DNA of 64,000 bases from Antedon mediterranea (GCF_964355755.1 NC_092672.1:9300001-9364000); one strand, 5' to 3'. Counted from the first letter of the stretch, positions 14,821-35,662 are shown. Notes: generated by a model from the sequence alone, not told the origin. A program made the numbers and translations.

Positions 14821-17075
14821 AGTTATACCATGATTGTGATGGAAATCACAGTTATATCATGATTGTGATGGCAACCACAGTTTTACCATGATTGTGATGG
14901 AAACCACAGTTATATCATGATTGTGATGGCAACCACAGTTATATCATGATTGTGATGGCAACCACAGTTATACCATGATTGTGATGGCAACCAGTTATAT
15001 CATGATTGTGATGGCAACCACAGTTATATCATGATTGTGATGGAAACAACAGTTATATCATGATTGTGATGGCAACCACAGTTATACCATAATTGTGATG
15101 GCAACCACAGTTATACCATGATTGTGATGGAAACCACAGTTTTACCATGATTGTCATGGAAACCACAGTTATACCATGATTGTGATGGCAACCACAGTTA
15201 TACCATGATTGTGATGGAAACCACAGTTATATCATGATTGTGATGGCAACCACAGTTATACCATGATTGTGATGGCAACCAGTTATATCATGATTGTGAT
15301 GGAAACCACAGTTATATCATGATTGTGATGGCAACCACAGTTATATCATGATTGTGATGGCAACCACAGTTATATCATGATTGTGATGGAAACCAGTTAT
15401 ACCATGATTGTGATGGAAACCACAGTTATATCATGATTGTGATGGAAACCACAGTTTTACCATGATTGTGATGGAAACCACAGTTATATCATGATTGTGA
15501 TGGCAACCACAGTTATACCATGATTGTGATGGCAACCAGTTATATCATGATGGTGATGCAAACACAGTTATATCATGATGGTGATGCAAACACAGTTATA
15601 TCATGATTGTGATGGAAACCACAGTTATATCATGATTGTGATGGAAACCACAGTTATATCATGATTGTGATGGCAACCACAGTTATATCATGATTGTGAT
15701 GGCAACCACAGTTATATCATGATTGTGATGGAAACCACAGTTATACCATGATTGTGATGGAAACCACAGTTATACCATGATTGTGATGGCAACCACAGTT
15801 ATACCATGATTGTGATGGAAACCACAGTTATACCATGATTGTGATGGAAACCACATTTTTACCATGATTGTGATGGAAACCACAGTTATACCATGATTGT
15901 GATGGAAACCACAGTTTTACCATGATTGTGATGGCAACCACAGTTATACCATGATTGTGATGGCAACCACAGTTATACCATGATTGTGATGGAAACCACA
16001 GTTTTACCATGATTGTGATGGAAACCACAGTTATACCATGATTGTGAATGCAACCACAGTTATACCATGATTGTGATGGAAACCACAGTTATACCATAAT
16101 TGTGATGGCAACCACAGTTATACCATGATTGTGATGGAAACATAGTTATACCATGATTGTGATGGCAACCACAGTTATATCATGATTGTGATGGAAACCA
16201 CAGTTATATCAGGATTGTGATGGAAACATAGTTATACCATAATTTTGATGGCAACCACAGTTATATCATGATTGTGATGCAAACATAGTTATACCATGAT
16301 TGTGATGGCAACCACAGTTATATCATGATTGTGATGGCAACCACAGTTATACCATGATTGTGATGCAAACATAGTTATACCATGATTGTGATGGCAACCA
16401 CAGTTATATCATGATTGTGATGGCAACCACAGTTATACCATGATTGTCATGGAAACCACAGTTATACCATAATTGTGATGGCAACCACAGTTATATCATG
16501 ATTGTGATGCAAACATAGTTATACCATGATTGTGATGGCAACCACAGTTATATCATGATTGTGATGGCAACCACAGTTATACCATGATTGTCATGGAAAC
16601 CACAGGTATATCATGATTGTGATGGAAACCACAGTTATACCATGATTGTCATGGAAACCACAGGTATATCATGATTGTGATGGAAACCACATTTTTACCA
16701 TGATTGTGATGGAAACCACAGTTATACCATGATGGTGATGGAAACCACAGTTATACCATGATGGTGATGGAAACCACAGGTATATCATGATTGTGATGGA
16801 AACCACAGTTATACCATGATTGTCATGGAAACCACAGGTATATCATGATTGTGATGGAAACCACATTTTTACCATGATTGTGATGGAAACCACAGTTATA
16901 CCATGATGGTGATGGCAACCACAGTTATACCATGATTGTGATGGCAACCACAGTTATACCATGATTGTGATGGCAACCACAGTTATATCATGATTGTGAT
17001 GGCAACAACAGTTATACCATGATTGTGATGGCAACCACAGTTATATCATGATGGTGATGCAAACACAGTTATACC
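14821..17075. repeat. 29-bp minisatellite (CCACAGTTATAYCATGATTGTGATGGMAA), ~2.25 kb, with 27-bp variants
   Basis: Directly visible tandem array with a small set of recurring variants. Confidence 0.95.
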
Positions 17076-18837
17076 TGTACCAAAAAAAGTATGGTAAACA
17101 CAGTTGTACCAAGTTAACTTTGGCGGTAACTACATTATTATCCCATATCCCATGGTAACCACAGTTTTTCCAATAAATATTGCCTGGTATATTAAGTACA
17201 CTTTCTTTACCAAGGAGCCTACTGTAGTATGGTTGAACGCTTGGCACCACATGGCATTAACACTTAGAATATATATCTACATTACTAAAAAAAATATGAG
17301 GTAATCCTTAAGATTTATGCAAACTGTGGGATATGATTTGAAGAAAACCAAACATGACAACAGGTCAAATATTTGTGACGTTTGTATAGTGACCTCTGAT
17401 TAAATTTGGTAATTGCCAATTCAGATGTTTCTGACAACATACAAAAGGGATTAAATAATTGAACCAAGGGAGAGATAGTAACAGAATAAGAGAAAATAAT
17501 TCATGGAAATTAGGCGCTGACAGTTTAATTATAACTTCATATTTTGTAAAACAAAGGTTCAAGTGCAAACTAGATCAAGTAGCTAATTAACTGTGACACT
17601 AAAATTGAAAACAGCTGACCTAAACACAAACAACGCACACAATAATCATGTGTTGTATTAAAAGTGTTTTTCATATCATTTTTATATTATATTATCACAG
17701 TTATTTCACGCAGTGAATTTTCCTAAAACTATGATTTTTGTTTTAAAAATCTATGTGCAACAAACACAATGACTTTGACATATGATGACATAATCATATT
17801 ACACAAATACAGTGTTTTGGGATGCATAAAACTGTTATACTGATACTTTCCAAAAAGAAAAGTCTGTATGATATACAAGAATTACTCTAGAATTCTGTGA
17901 CTGCAATTGTATATATAATAGGCTTATCCGACTGGTTTACTTTGAGAATATCTAACTCCTCGCTGTGTCTATTCAATAGGAGTAGTGTGAATAGATCTTT
18001 AGCGATTAGTTTATGAGCCAGTCGAATACACCTAAAAACTTTCCGAGGTGAATTAAGCAGTACAGGTCAGAGGTGATGGTTACCCCCACTCCCAGAGGTT
18101 CATCAGGCTACCTGAGGCAGAGGAGAAAGCACTTACTGCCAAGGACATCTGCAAACGGGTTATTAAAAATAAAATTCTATTATTGGCAGTATACAAATGA
18201 AAATAAATCTATGGCATGGTTATTATTATTATTATTTATCTTAAGGCATGGTTGCCACTTATAAAGTGAGTTGACCAATCAAAAGCAACAGTTCAAATGA
18301 TCTGTCGCTTGTGATTGGTCAAATGACTTGCAATTACGTCATAGTGGGAACCAAGATTAATGCACTACATAATAGCAGACGAATATTTGACAAATTTATT
18401 TGATAATTAATAAAATTTATGGCTCTGAGAAATTATACAAACACTATTATTAATCATTTTGAAACAATAAATGCATTGTAATAATTATTAGAAAAGAGAA
18501 AATGTGTTTATCTTATAATAATGTTTTTCTTTCTTTTGGTTAAGTATAATGTTAATGTCCTTTTATATTTTGACCAATTAGCATAGGTGTATAGCACCTT
18601 TTTATTTGCCTTTGATATATCTGTTTTTTTTTTGTATTTAGCCGAAATTTGACAAATTGAAAAAGTGAGATCCGCAATTTATTAGCCTAATTACTGTACT
18701 CAAGTACAAGTCAAGTCAAGTATGATTATCATAATAAATTTGCCTATAAAATAAAGTACAGTACTGTATATATGCAAAAGGTTCTACTGTGAAAGGATTG
18801 CTTGTGAGTGGGGAGGGGGGGGGGGATGTTCACATCT

Positions 18838-26041
<7,204 letters not shown>

Positions 26042-27564
26042 CTCTATTCTTAATTCTGCACTCACACTCTGGTAATCTATTATACGGTCTTGTGTACAAA
26101 TCTACAGTAATTCAAAATAGAAAGAAAACAATTGCAGTGTGTGTATGTTACTTCTCATAATTAGTGTTTTTGTTATACAATATTTCCATTCATTGTACAC
26201 TTTTTTTGTACCAGCCTAGGCCTAGCTAGGCAAATTATGATTAGGCCTAATCCGCCCCCAGCTAGCTACTTCCAGTATACTGTAAGCCTTGGCAGGAACT
26301 AGTAGGGCCTAGGCTAGCCCTACCTAGATGTTTTTGGGCAGTCCATTTCAATCAAGCAAGCCGTTTACTTTCTGGACTCTGGAGGATTTCACCTCAGCCC
26401 CTTTTTAATTTGCTATTCAAGATCTGTGTGACAAGGAGGCGTGGCCTACCTACCTACTTGATATGCGCTAGGCTAGAGGTAGCCTAAGCAGGCTGCTACT
26501 AGGCCTAGTATAACAGGGCCTAGGCCTATGCCTAGCTTTTAGTTAGGCCTAGAGGCTAGCCCACCCAGGCCTGCTAGAAATAAAAATAAATGAAGTTGGT
26601 TGTCGATGTAAACAAAACAGATCTGTATAAAACTACCTGAAACAATCCGATTGTCTGTAATTATTTCATTTGCGTGTAATATTTGTTTATACAAACAATA
26701 ATACCAGATTAATACGCTTTTAATGATGTGTAAGAAACCTAAGCCGAGACAATAGTCGATGGGTTCCCCTCGCAGATTGTCACCTCCACTGTCGACTCTC
26801 TGTTGTTTCTCTCATCAAGTTTTTTAGCGTCCTTCGCGATGACTTAAGATGGCGTCCTAATAGTGTAAGTAGTTCCAGCAATTTTGCGGATGAATTTATA
26901 TTTCTGGGGACAATGTACTCAGGCTGATTTTCCTACTTTATTTACCATAAAAAAATGATTATAGATTGGTTGCTTTGTATTTCGAATAGTAATATAATGT
27001 GTCAATTTGTTAATTATGCTTAAAAAAAGGCCATTTGATGCATAATTAGTGGCTATAGAACTATAGTATAAGTTAAGGCAATGCATACTCTTTACATTCT
27101 TTAGGATGATGATAATGAAAACATAAAATTGTTCACATTATGTACTGGGCTGCACAAAAAAAATGTCTTTATTTTTCTTTTTACATTTTTTATTCTAGAA
27201 TTGTAACTATTAAAACCATTTCAACACAAGCTGGGGCATACAGTAGAAAGAGATACTATCTAAGCTATCATTTCTGTTAGGAAAAGACTATTTCTATGCA
27301 AGAAAAAGGTTCCATCTGATTGGGTGATGCAAAGATTTTTCATAGGACACTTTCTCATTACACAGAAAAAAGAGGCAATATATTTTTTATCACTACAGCC
27401 CAGAAGCGAAACACCTATTACAAGGACACCTTGGTCCCTAAGGTGCCTGCCTTTAATAAATGTTCTACTGTAGAGATTTTACTCAATGGCACTGGGAGTG
27501 TACACTATTATTTGTCCATCCAGAGAAAAATGATAATTTGAGACAGTTAGCTTAACCTAGAACC

Positions 27565-28677
27565 CTTGTGTACACCACACTTGTGTACACCACACTTGTG
27601 TACACCACACTTGTGTACACCACACTTGTGTACACCACACTTGTGTACACCACACTTGTGTACACCACACTTGTGTACACCACACTTGTGTACACCACAC
27701 TTGTGTACACCACACTTGTGTACACCACACTTGTGTACACCACACTTGTGTACACCACACTTGTGTACACCACACTTGTGTACACCACACTTGTGTACAC
27801 CACACTTGTGTACACCACACTTGTGTACACCACACTTGTGTACACCACACTTGTGTACACCACACTTGTGTACACCACACTTGTGTACACCACACTTGTG
27901 TACACCACACTTGTGTACACCACACTTGTGTACACCACACTTGTGTACACCACACTTGTGTACACCACACTTGTGTACACCACACTTGTGTACACCACAC
28001 TTGTGTACACCACACTTGTGTACACCACACTTGTGTACACCACACTTGTGTACACCACACTTGTGTACACCACACTTGTGTACACCACACTTGTGTACAC
28101 CACACTTGTGTACACCACACTTGTGTACACCACACTTGTGTACACCACACTTGTGTACACCACACTTGTGTACACCACACTTGTGTACACCACACTTGTG
28201 TACACCACACTTGTGTACACCACACTTGTGTACACCACACTTGTGTACACCACACTTGTGTACACCACACTTGTGTACACCACACTTGTGTACACCACAC
28301 TTGTGTACACCACACTTGTGTACACCACACTTGTGTACACCACACTTGTGTACACCACACTTGTGTACACCACACTTGTGTACACCACACTTGTGTACAC
28401 CACACTTGTGTACACCACACTTGTGTACACCACACTTGTGTACACCACACTTGTGTACACCACACTTGTGTACACCACACTTGTGTACACCACACTTGTG
28501 TACACCACACTTGTGTACACCACACTTGTGTACACCACACTTGTGTACACCACACTTGTGTACACCACACTTGTGTACACCACACTTGTGTACACCACAC
28601 TTGTGTACACCACACTTGTGTACACCACACTTGTGTACACCACACTTGTGTACACCACACTTGTGTACACCACACTT
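27565..28677. repeat. Perfect 15-bp tandem array (CTTGTGTACACCACA), ~74 copies
   Basis: Directly visible, no variant units seen. The unit has no stop codon, which creates the long spurious repeat ORFs. Confidence 0.97.
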
Positions 28678-29535
28678 AATGAAACACACTCAATTTTCAG
28701 AAATTTATTTATCATTATCTACAATATAAGGCCAAATAAAATTTACTTGCTACTTTAATTGTTTAATGCACATTATCAGTTGTTTTGTTACAAGTTTTCG
28801 ACAGTTTAAACAGTCTACAAGGTACAGTAATTAAATTTTCTTTTTAGAAAATGTTTATGTTTGATCATTAAGGAGTAAATAAAAATTCCAAGATAATTCC
28901 ATGCCAGATTAAATGTTAATAAATGGTAAACAATTACCAAAAAATTTCGTGGAAATATTTGTCTTGTATGGAATTGGTGGTGCTTTAATACATTTGTGAG
29001 ATGGTATAAAACAAGTTCTATAAGAATCAATAACACATCATAGTTGCCAACTGCTGGACAAAGATACTACACAATAGTAAAACCCATCACAACACAATTT
29101 GATGTTACCTTCCAAAAGGAAACTTGGTTTGGGGTTGTGAAAACATAGTACCTACATCAATTGTTTGAATTTTTTGTCTCAGTAAAATTGTTTTCGCAAT
29201 GAGTGTGCACCCAAAAAGGTTAAAATGCGTGATAACAAAATCCAATGTTGTCAACTGGACAAAATTCAGTAAAAATTGCCAGTCCAAACATATGAAAACA
29301 ATCAATTAACATAACGAACGAACAAATGATTAAAATCTGAAGAAAAAAACTCAAATATAACCATTACTGACAACATGGTATGTTGTAACAATTATGTTGG
29401 TTTCGTTTAGCATGCAAAATACGGCAATACTATACTGTCCACTGAATTATCATTGCAAATTCTGAATGAAAATGAAAGTATCAAGTAAATCTAATTTGCC
29501 TATGATTAAACAAGAACCGCAACTTGACACACGAT

Positions 29536-32500
29536 CTAATCATTATTTGAAAGCACTTGCAGCGAGTTCTTGATTGGTATAAATTTGTAATCACCATCAC
29601 CACGTTTTCTCATCTGTCGTTTGATTTCCCTTTCTTGTTTTCTGATTATTAAAAAAAAAAAGTAAAGATTTTATTAAAAGATTGACTGTAATTGAATGAA
29701 CTGTTGAATGTGTATGAAATAAAAAAAAAAAAAAATTCAACTGCCATTTGAAACTGATAGAAATCAGCTATTAAAATAATCATCAAATAAATGCATATTA
29801 CATTGAATTTAAAACGTTGGGGTCTACAGTAAAACCTCTAAAAGAAGCCCCCAGGCTTTTTTTTTTTAAGACTCTTGAATGGCTTCTTTTCGAGATTATA
29901 TTTGCAAACAAAATAGGGCGATTCTTTTTGAAATAAATTTTGTATTTTGTGAATTGCTAACTACAATAATATGATTTCTCTGCCAATTTTGAATATTTGC
30001 CAAGGAAGCAGACAAGAAGATAAAAGATTCCATGAAATGAAAGCACTGGAAACAAAAAACTGTAAAATAAATTTACATTATGAGGCTTGCTTGTTAAATA
30101 ATTAAGGGTTGCAAGATCCTATTAAACATGATCATACACATCCTCATCAGAAGGGCCATCAGTCAAACTGTTTGCTGTTTACAAATAAAACAAAAACAAA
30201 CCTCGCCACTGATTTAGCATGTTCCAATTCCATAACATGTGCTTGTTTTTCATATTCTTGTTGTGGACTAGCTTTCAGGTATCTTGCTATGAAACGTGAA
30301 ATTGGATGCTGAAATAGAAACGAAATAACATATCAGAAACTGAGCAAAAACAGACTGAGTGAAGTACTGTACTTGGCAAAATATATTAGGAAAAAACATT
30401 CACCAAACATTAAGGATGATAACTTACAAATTGTGGATGCTAACTTTTTTATTTTTATTTATTTGCATCTCATTAAAACATGCACAAACTAGAAAGCCAC
30501 TCCGAGAGTGCATACCTCCGCCTACTGTAAAATTCTCCTACATAAGATTTCTCCGGTAAAAAAAAAATATATATATATATTTGTGTGTGTCTTAATGCTG
30601 TTTGTGATTTAGGCTAATTTCACTACAAGCATGTGTATGCGAGTTTGGGGTAATGGTTATGTAACAAGCCTTTCAATTAACAATAGCTTCAGTTGACTAA
30701 CAATAGAACAGCAACGCAAAAATCAAACGAGTGAATTTGAAAAGAAAATAGGTTTTTTAAACTACTGGCATAAAAAAACGTGCACATTAAATCAAATTAT
30801 GTTTTAAAATTACAAATCACAAATTATAATTCTTGCCTCTTGTACAAAAATGAAGTTTTTTGGACAAGTAGTTCTCGAGAAAATGCAATTTCAGTATACT
30901 TGTTACTTTAAGACTGCTCGCTGGCTTTTGAAAAATTCTGTCCTATCTTTTAACACAAGCAGGTCTGAAAAGTATACTAAAAAGTGGTCCAGAATTGGGA
31001 CAATTGTCCAAAAATTTAATGGAATGGTCCTTGACCACATATCTATCTGTATATTCATTTTGGTAAAGATCTTGTAATTACTTTTTGAGTAATCCTGCTA
31101 ACAAACAAACAAACAAACACACGCTACCGATTACATATACCTCCTTGGCGGAGGTAAATAATGAAACAAGAGAATACAATTTAAATTTAAAAAGACAAAT
31201 ACAGAGATGCAGGATAGCCCATGAATGTCCCAATATCATGCCAATAAACAAAGTTAGTACTATACTTAGCAAACTTCAATTTGTTTTATCAATCAACACA
31301 GCAATTATTTATTTCACTCATAACATCTCATATTTGACATAACAGTAGTTCTAATTATAAAAAACATTTTTAAACACAAATACAGTCAATACCGGACTCT
31401 ACAAAAACCAGACTATTTTGAGGTTCAAAAAGTCCCAAATTCATTTTCCCTATTAAAAACACATTCTGAATACCAGAATTTCCAGAAAACAAGACATATA
31501 CACCAGCCCAAAGGTGTCCGGTAATGGGAAAGTGATTTGATTTGATTTAAGGTGATAATAATCGGTGGAGTTTGTAATATTACCTCTGGTAATTTTAAAC
31601 CTTTTTTAAAAAAGCTGTTTTGAACCAGCATGGATGGGCAGTGTTCAAGATCTCTTTTCACTTTGTTTTAAATATTTAAAAAAAAATTATTTTTAAATAT
31701 ACAACAACCTACTGGATAGTATTCCCAATGCTTTGGTACATATCCTTCTGGAATTTTAGAGAGTTCTGCTTCTCCTAAAAAAAAAAGTATGTTCAATTTG
31801 TTAAGCTGATGCATTATGGGACAAATTTTGGCACTCAGATTTTGACCATGGGAGCAGAGGACACTATTAGATGGCATACAATGCAGGTGGATTTCATATC
31901 GCATATTTGCACAATAATCAAAAACAATTTATTTGTATTATAGAGAATGCAAAGAGAGATGAAAACATGTATTTAGAGCTGGAGTATGAGGTACAAACTT
32001 ACCATAAAGAACATTAACATAAGTTATTACAGCCAGCGAGGGAACACCAGTTAGTGATGCATAGAACATCTATAGAAAAAAAAATTGTATTTATTTTTTT
32101 TCAATTTAACAATGAAAAAAAAAAATCAGGAATACAACAGGATACTTGCCTACTGGTATTGTCACATAATACTGTATGAAAGTCACCTTTGTGGGGGTGG
32201 AGGAGGGGGGAAGGAGGAGGTTGGCCCTCTCTGGTGTGGCCTTTTTCCTGTCGCCTTAGTAGTTCAATTCCAAAAACAGGTAGCACAAGTGCCTTTATAT
32301 CTGGAAGTAGCTGTTTGTATACAAGTGACTCCCAGGGATAATGGACACACAAATATAAGGCTGCTATCTCTCACAATTAGTTCACAATCAATGTTAAAGA
32401 CCCTACTAACCGCTCTTCGGAGAAATCTTCGATCAGTGTATGTACTTGCATGCGGAAAGAATTTCCTTGTAGCACCACCAGACATGCCCTTTATTTGTAC

Positions 32501-35373
32501 TGAAAATATAATAAATTAATATGAAATCATGATTATTATTAAAAGATATTATTCAAAATTAAAGTCATTTTTACTTTAATAAATTAATGTCATATCAGCC
32601 TAATTTTCTTTATTGGTTGATCACTTCTGATTTTTCTGTCCAAATAATTTGAATTACACATAGCGCAGGGATGGATATAATAATATAAAAATAGTTGAAA
32701 TTATTATAGAGGTCTAGGTCTAAATAAATGGTATCTCTCCAGGGAATTGGAGGTGGGGACAGCCTATATACAGTTACAGTATGCCTAGGCCTATACATTT
32801 ACTTCCAAATTTGCAGTCTATGTTGTGGAAATTATATAAAGTTTGATCAGAGCCAATTATGACATGGATTCTTCCTTTTAATCAATTATAATAAGTTATA
32901 GGCCTAATTATTGTTAGCCTTAGGCTATGTTCAAATTGCGCAAAAATAGTGTGTAAATTGTAAATACAAAAAAAAAGCATTATTTATATTACTAGATGGC
33001 ACGCTCGCTTCGCTCGCGTACCATCTAGGTCGTGCCCACAGATGGTTCTCGAATACATAATAATTTCAGCGTTAAAAAACTGGCAATTTCAAATGTACGT
33101 ACCGCAGGACAATAATACATGTCGTTTACAGGAACGATTAAATAGACACTGTGATTTATGTACTCAACTAAAATTAGCACCCTATTACTTCCGAAAGAGA
33201 AACTTGTCACAAAATAAGACCAATTGTTTAAGTCAAATTTAAACAAACTTAATTTGTGTTTTGTATGTAACATTAGGGTTGAGGGATGGGGAAGAGGATG
33301 GGTGCAAAGAGGAACAATGTTAAAATATATTCTTTATCCATTTAGTAACGAAATATTAATTGCTTTCATGTTTTACAAATAATATACCACTAAACACAGT
33401 AAAACATTGCGATGTAATACTTTGTTGAAACTATCACCGTCCTAGTCGATTGAAATAGTACAGCACATGTAACGATACATCACTACGACGTGTATATGTT
33501 TATAATATAATGTAAAACAATTTGTGAAAACCACCTCTATTCGGGGAAAATCATAAATTCGATTTAATCGTCAATAAATAAATATTAAATTATCTAAACT
33601 CAACTTAATTAGTAGGCCTTATGGTTTTCAATTGTTTCTTAGAGCCAATTCATACTTAAGTTGGTTCCTACCCTACCCACCAAAGTTGTTCTGCGTTTAG
33701 GGCAAGTGATGTACCGTAGGCCTATTCTCTACTGGTTTTACAACGCTACTCATGCCAGTGAGGGAAAGGTGATGATGTGGGTGGTTTAACTGCAATAATA
33801 AAGATTTGTACATAATATACGGCGAGTGAAACCGCTAGCTCATTATTCGTTTAAAAAAAAATTATATCCAACCTCTGCAGCACAGATTGAAAACAAAAAT
33901 GGATCGAATTTCGAGTATACACTACTGTACTTGCCTTTACGACGCCTGAGGGAATAGACACTTGTGAAACAGAGATTGGAATGTTCCATTCATCGCAAAT
34001 CAATACATTTGTATAATCGTATATTAAATCTATCAAAATAGTATTTTTTAAAGAAAATCGGCCTGTCTTCAACATTATGATGCTGTACTCTAACTGTTCA
34101 ACCAGTTTTCAGCTATTAAAAACAATTATCGTAGGAGGAGATAGGAAAATGCGAAGCCTCCTCGTATTTTTGTGGCGGGTATTTTTCAAGATGGACATCC
34201 ATTAGACAGTGTATACCACGATCGGAAAACACCCCTATTTGGGGCAAATCGTTGAACCTAAATTCGTTTTAATCGTCAATAACTAATTATCTAACTCAAT
34301 TTAATTAGTAAACAGGGTTACATCAGGCGGTTAAAATCAGTACCGAAAGTACGAACCAACTTTATATACCATCGAGTGAAAATTCTAGAAGTAAGGCGCG
34401 ATTTACCTAATTTTGCCCTTACGTAAATTTATATTAGATTATTAGTTAGGCCTAGGCTATGCCTACACGGATATATAAAAAATGAGCTGGTATCGCGTAG
34501 GTTGAAGAAATTGTAATTGTGGCTCTGATAACTAATTTTAAAATCATATTAAATTAACATTTTCGAAACTATAAATCAGGGATAATCTTTTTAGAACTTT
34601 CAAACAAGGGACTATTTTTTTAATGATTTTTAAAAAGCACATCACTCCATTAAAACCTGTAAAATACAAATTAAAACACATATTATTTATATAATAGGAT
34701 AAACATTTAGCGCGACCAAAGTAACAATGCAATCGATATCAAACGCAACCGATATGATTACAACCGTGGGCGACTTTGCGATGGGGCGACTTTGCGTTGG
34801 GGCGACTTTGAGATGGGGCGAATTTGCGATGGGGCGACTTTGTAATGGGGCGACTTTGAGATGGGGCGACTGTGCCGGGGCGACTTTGTTTTGGGGCGAC
34901 TTTGCGATGGGGCGACTTTGTATTGGGCGACTTTGTATGGGGCGACTTTGCGATGGGGCGACTTGACTGGATCCCCATCAATAGGGCGGTACTGCTTTAC
35001 AATTACGAGGCTTGGAAAATTAAAAAAAACTATATTATAGCATATTGAGCTAGGCCTATTACCATATATATGGACCATAGAAAGGTTACTCGCGACTCGG
35101 TGGTGGATCAAAGTCTCGCTCGGTCGGCTAGCCAGCCAAGGCCTATTTATAGCCTAGCTAGGCTAGGCCCTAGTAGTAGGCTAGCCTACGCGACGCTGGT
35201 CTGTCACCTCTTGCGGGCTTGTTGTGAGAAAGTATGTACACAAAACAACATAATTCGTGAAGTTATGATTTATTTAATATTGTGAGATCAAAATGCTTAC
35301 CTCTGGACACTGTTGGCACTGACAAAATTCGATTGATACATCGAAAAAGATTTGTTCCGACACAATTCGCCAT
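29536..35373 (-). CDS. NDUFB5: NADH dehydrogenase (ubiquinone) 1 beta subcomplex subunit 5 (SGDH), complete, 167 aa
   Basis: Exons 35301-35373 ([24 protein letters not shown], transit-peptide-like), 32411-32499, 32003-32069 ([24 protein letters not shown] helix), 31713-31774 ([21 protein letters not shown]), 30202-30308 ([10 protein letters not shown]..), 29536-29641 (..[10 protein letters not shown]). Total 504 nt in frame; IPEGYVPxHWEYY-HPISR and RGDG are NDUFB5 signatures. Confidence 0.93.
30487..31160 (-). mobile_element. Non-autonomous Helentron/HINE-like element
   Basis: Minus strand starts tttacctccgccaaggaggta and ends ggcggaggtatgcactctcggagtggctttctagtt (subTIR CCTCCGCC/GGCGGAGG plus hairpin). 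Confidence 0.62.
32992..34438 (-). mobile_element. Non-autonomous Helitron, ~1.45 kb, in NDUFB5 intron 1
   Basis: Minus strand reads a|TCTAATATAAATTTACG ... ctagatggtacgcgagcgaagcgagcgtgccatCTAG|t: 5' TC, 3' CTAG, GC-rich subterminal hairpin, A|T insertion site. The 5' end is less certain than the 3' end. Confidence 0.6.
34766..34964. repeat. GC-rich ~16-bp tandem repeat (GGGGCGACTTTGCGAT), ~13 copies
   Basis: Directly visible; the core GGGCGACTTT is nearly invariant and the spacer varies. Confidence 0.9.
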
Positions 35374-35483
35374 GTTGATTTCGGACTAGGCCTAGGATAG
35401 TTTTTTGTGTTTTGTGTGACGGGAGGCCGCGTATTCGACTAGTCTATCCTGGTAAACTACTGTTGTAGTGTACGTGTATGTAC

Positions 35484-35662
35484 GGGTCAGTCTAATTACC
35501 GAAAACAACCGAAAACAACCGAAAACAACCGAAAACAACCGAAAATAACCGAAAACAACCGAAAACAACCGGAAACAACCCTAAACAACCGAAAACAAAC
35601 CGAAAACAAACTAAAACAAATCTAATTACCGAAAACAAATTTTTTGTTATGTCGCCCTCTAT
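35484..35662 (+). repeat. Left TIR with subterminal (GAAAACAACC)n decamer array
   Basis: ggtcagtctaattacc, ~10 gaaaacaacc units, a second tctaattaccgaaaacaaat, then atgtcgccctctat. Confidence 0.9.

Noticed and set aside
14821-17075. CRISPR-like appearance of the ~29-bp repeats
   Set aside because: Units are directly adjacent with no unique spacers; eukaryotic context and no cas genes.
27547-28758. Five 370-400 aa ORFs (CGVHK, VVYTS, WCTQV repeats)
   Set aside because: Artefacts of a stop-free 15-bp tandem repeat; no unique coding sequence or splice context.
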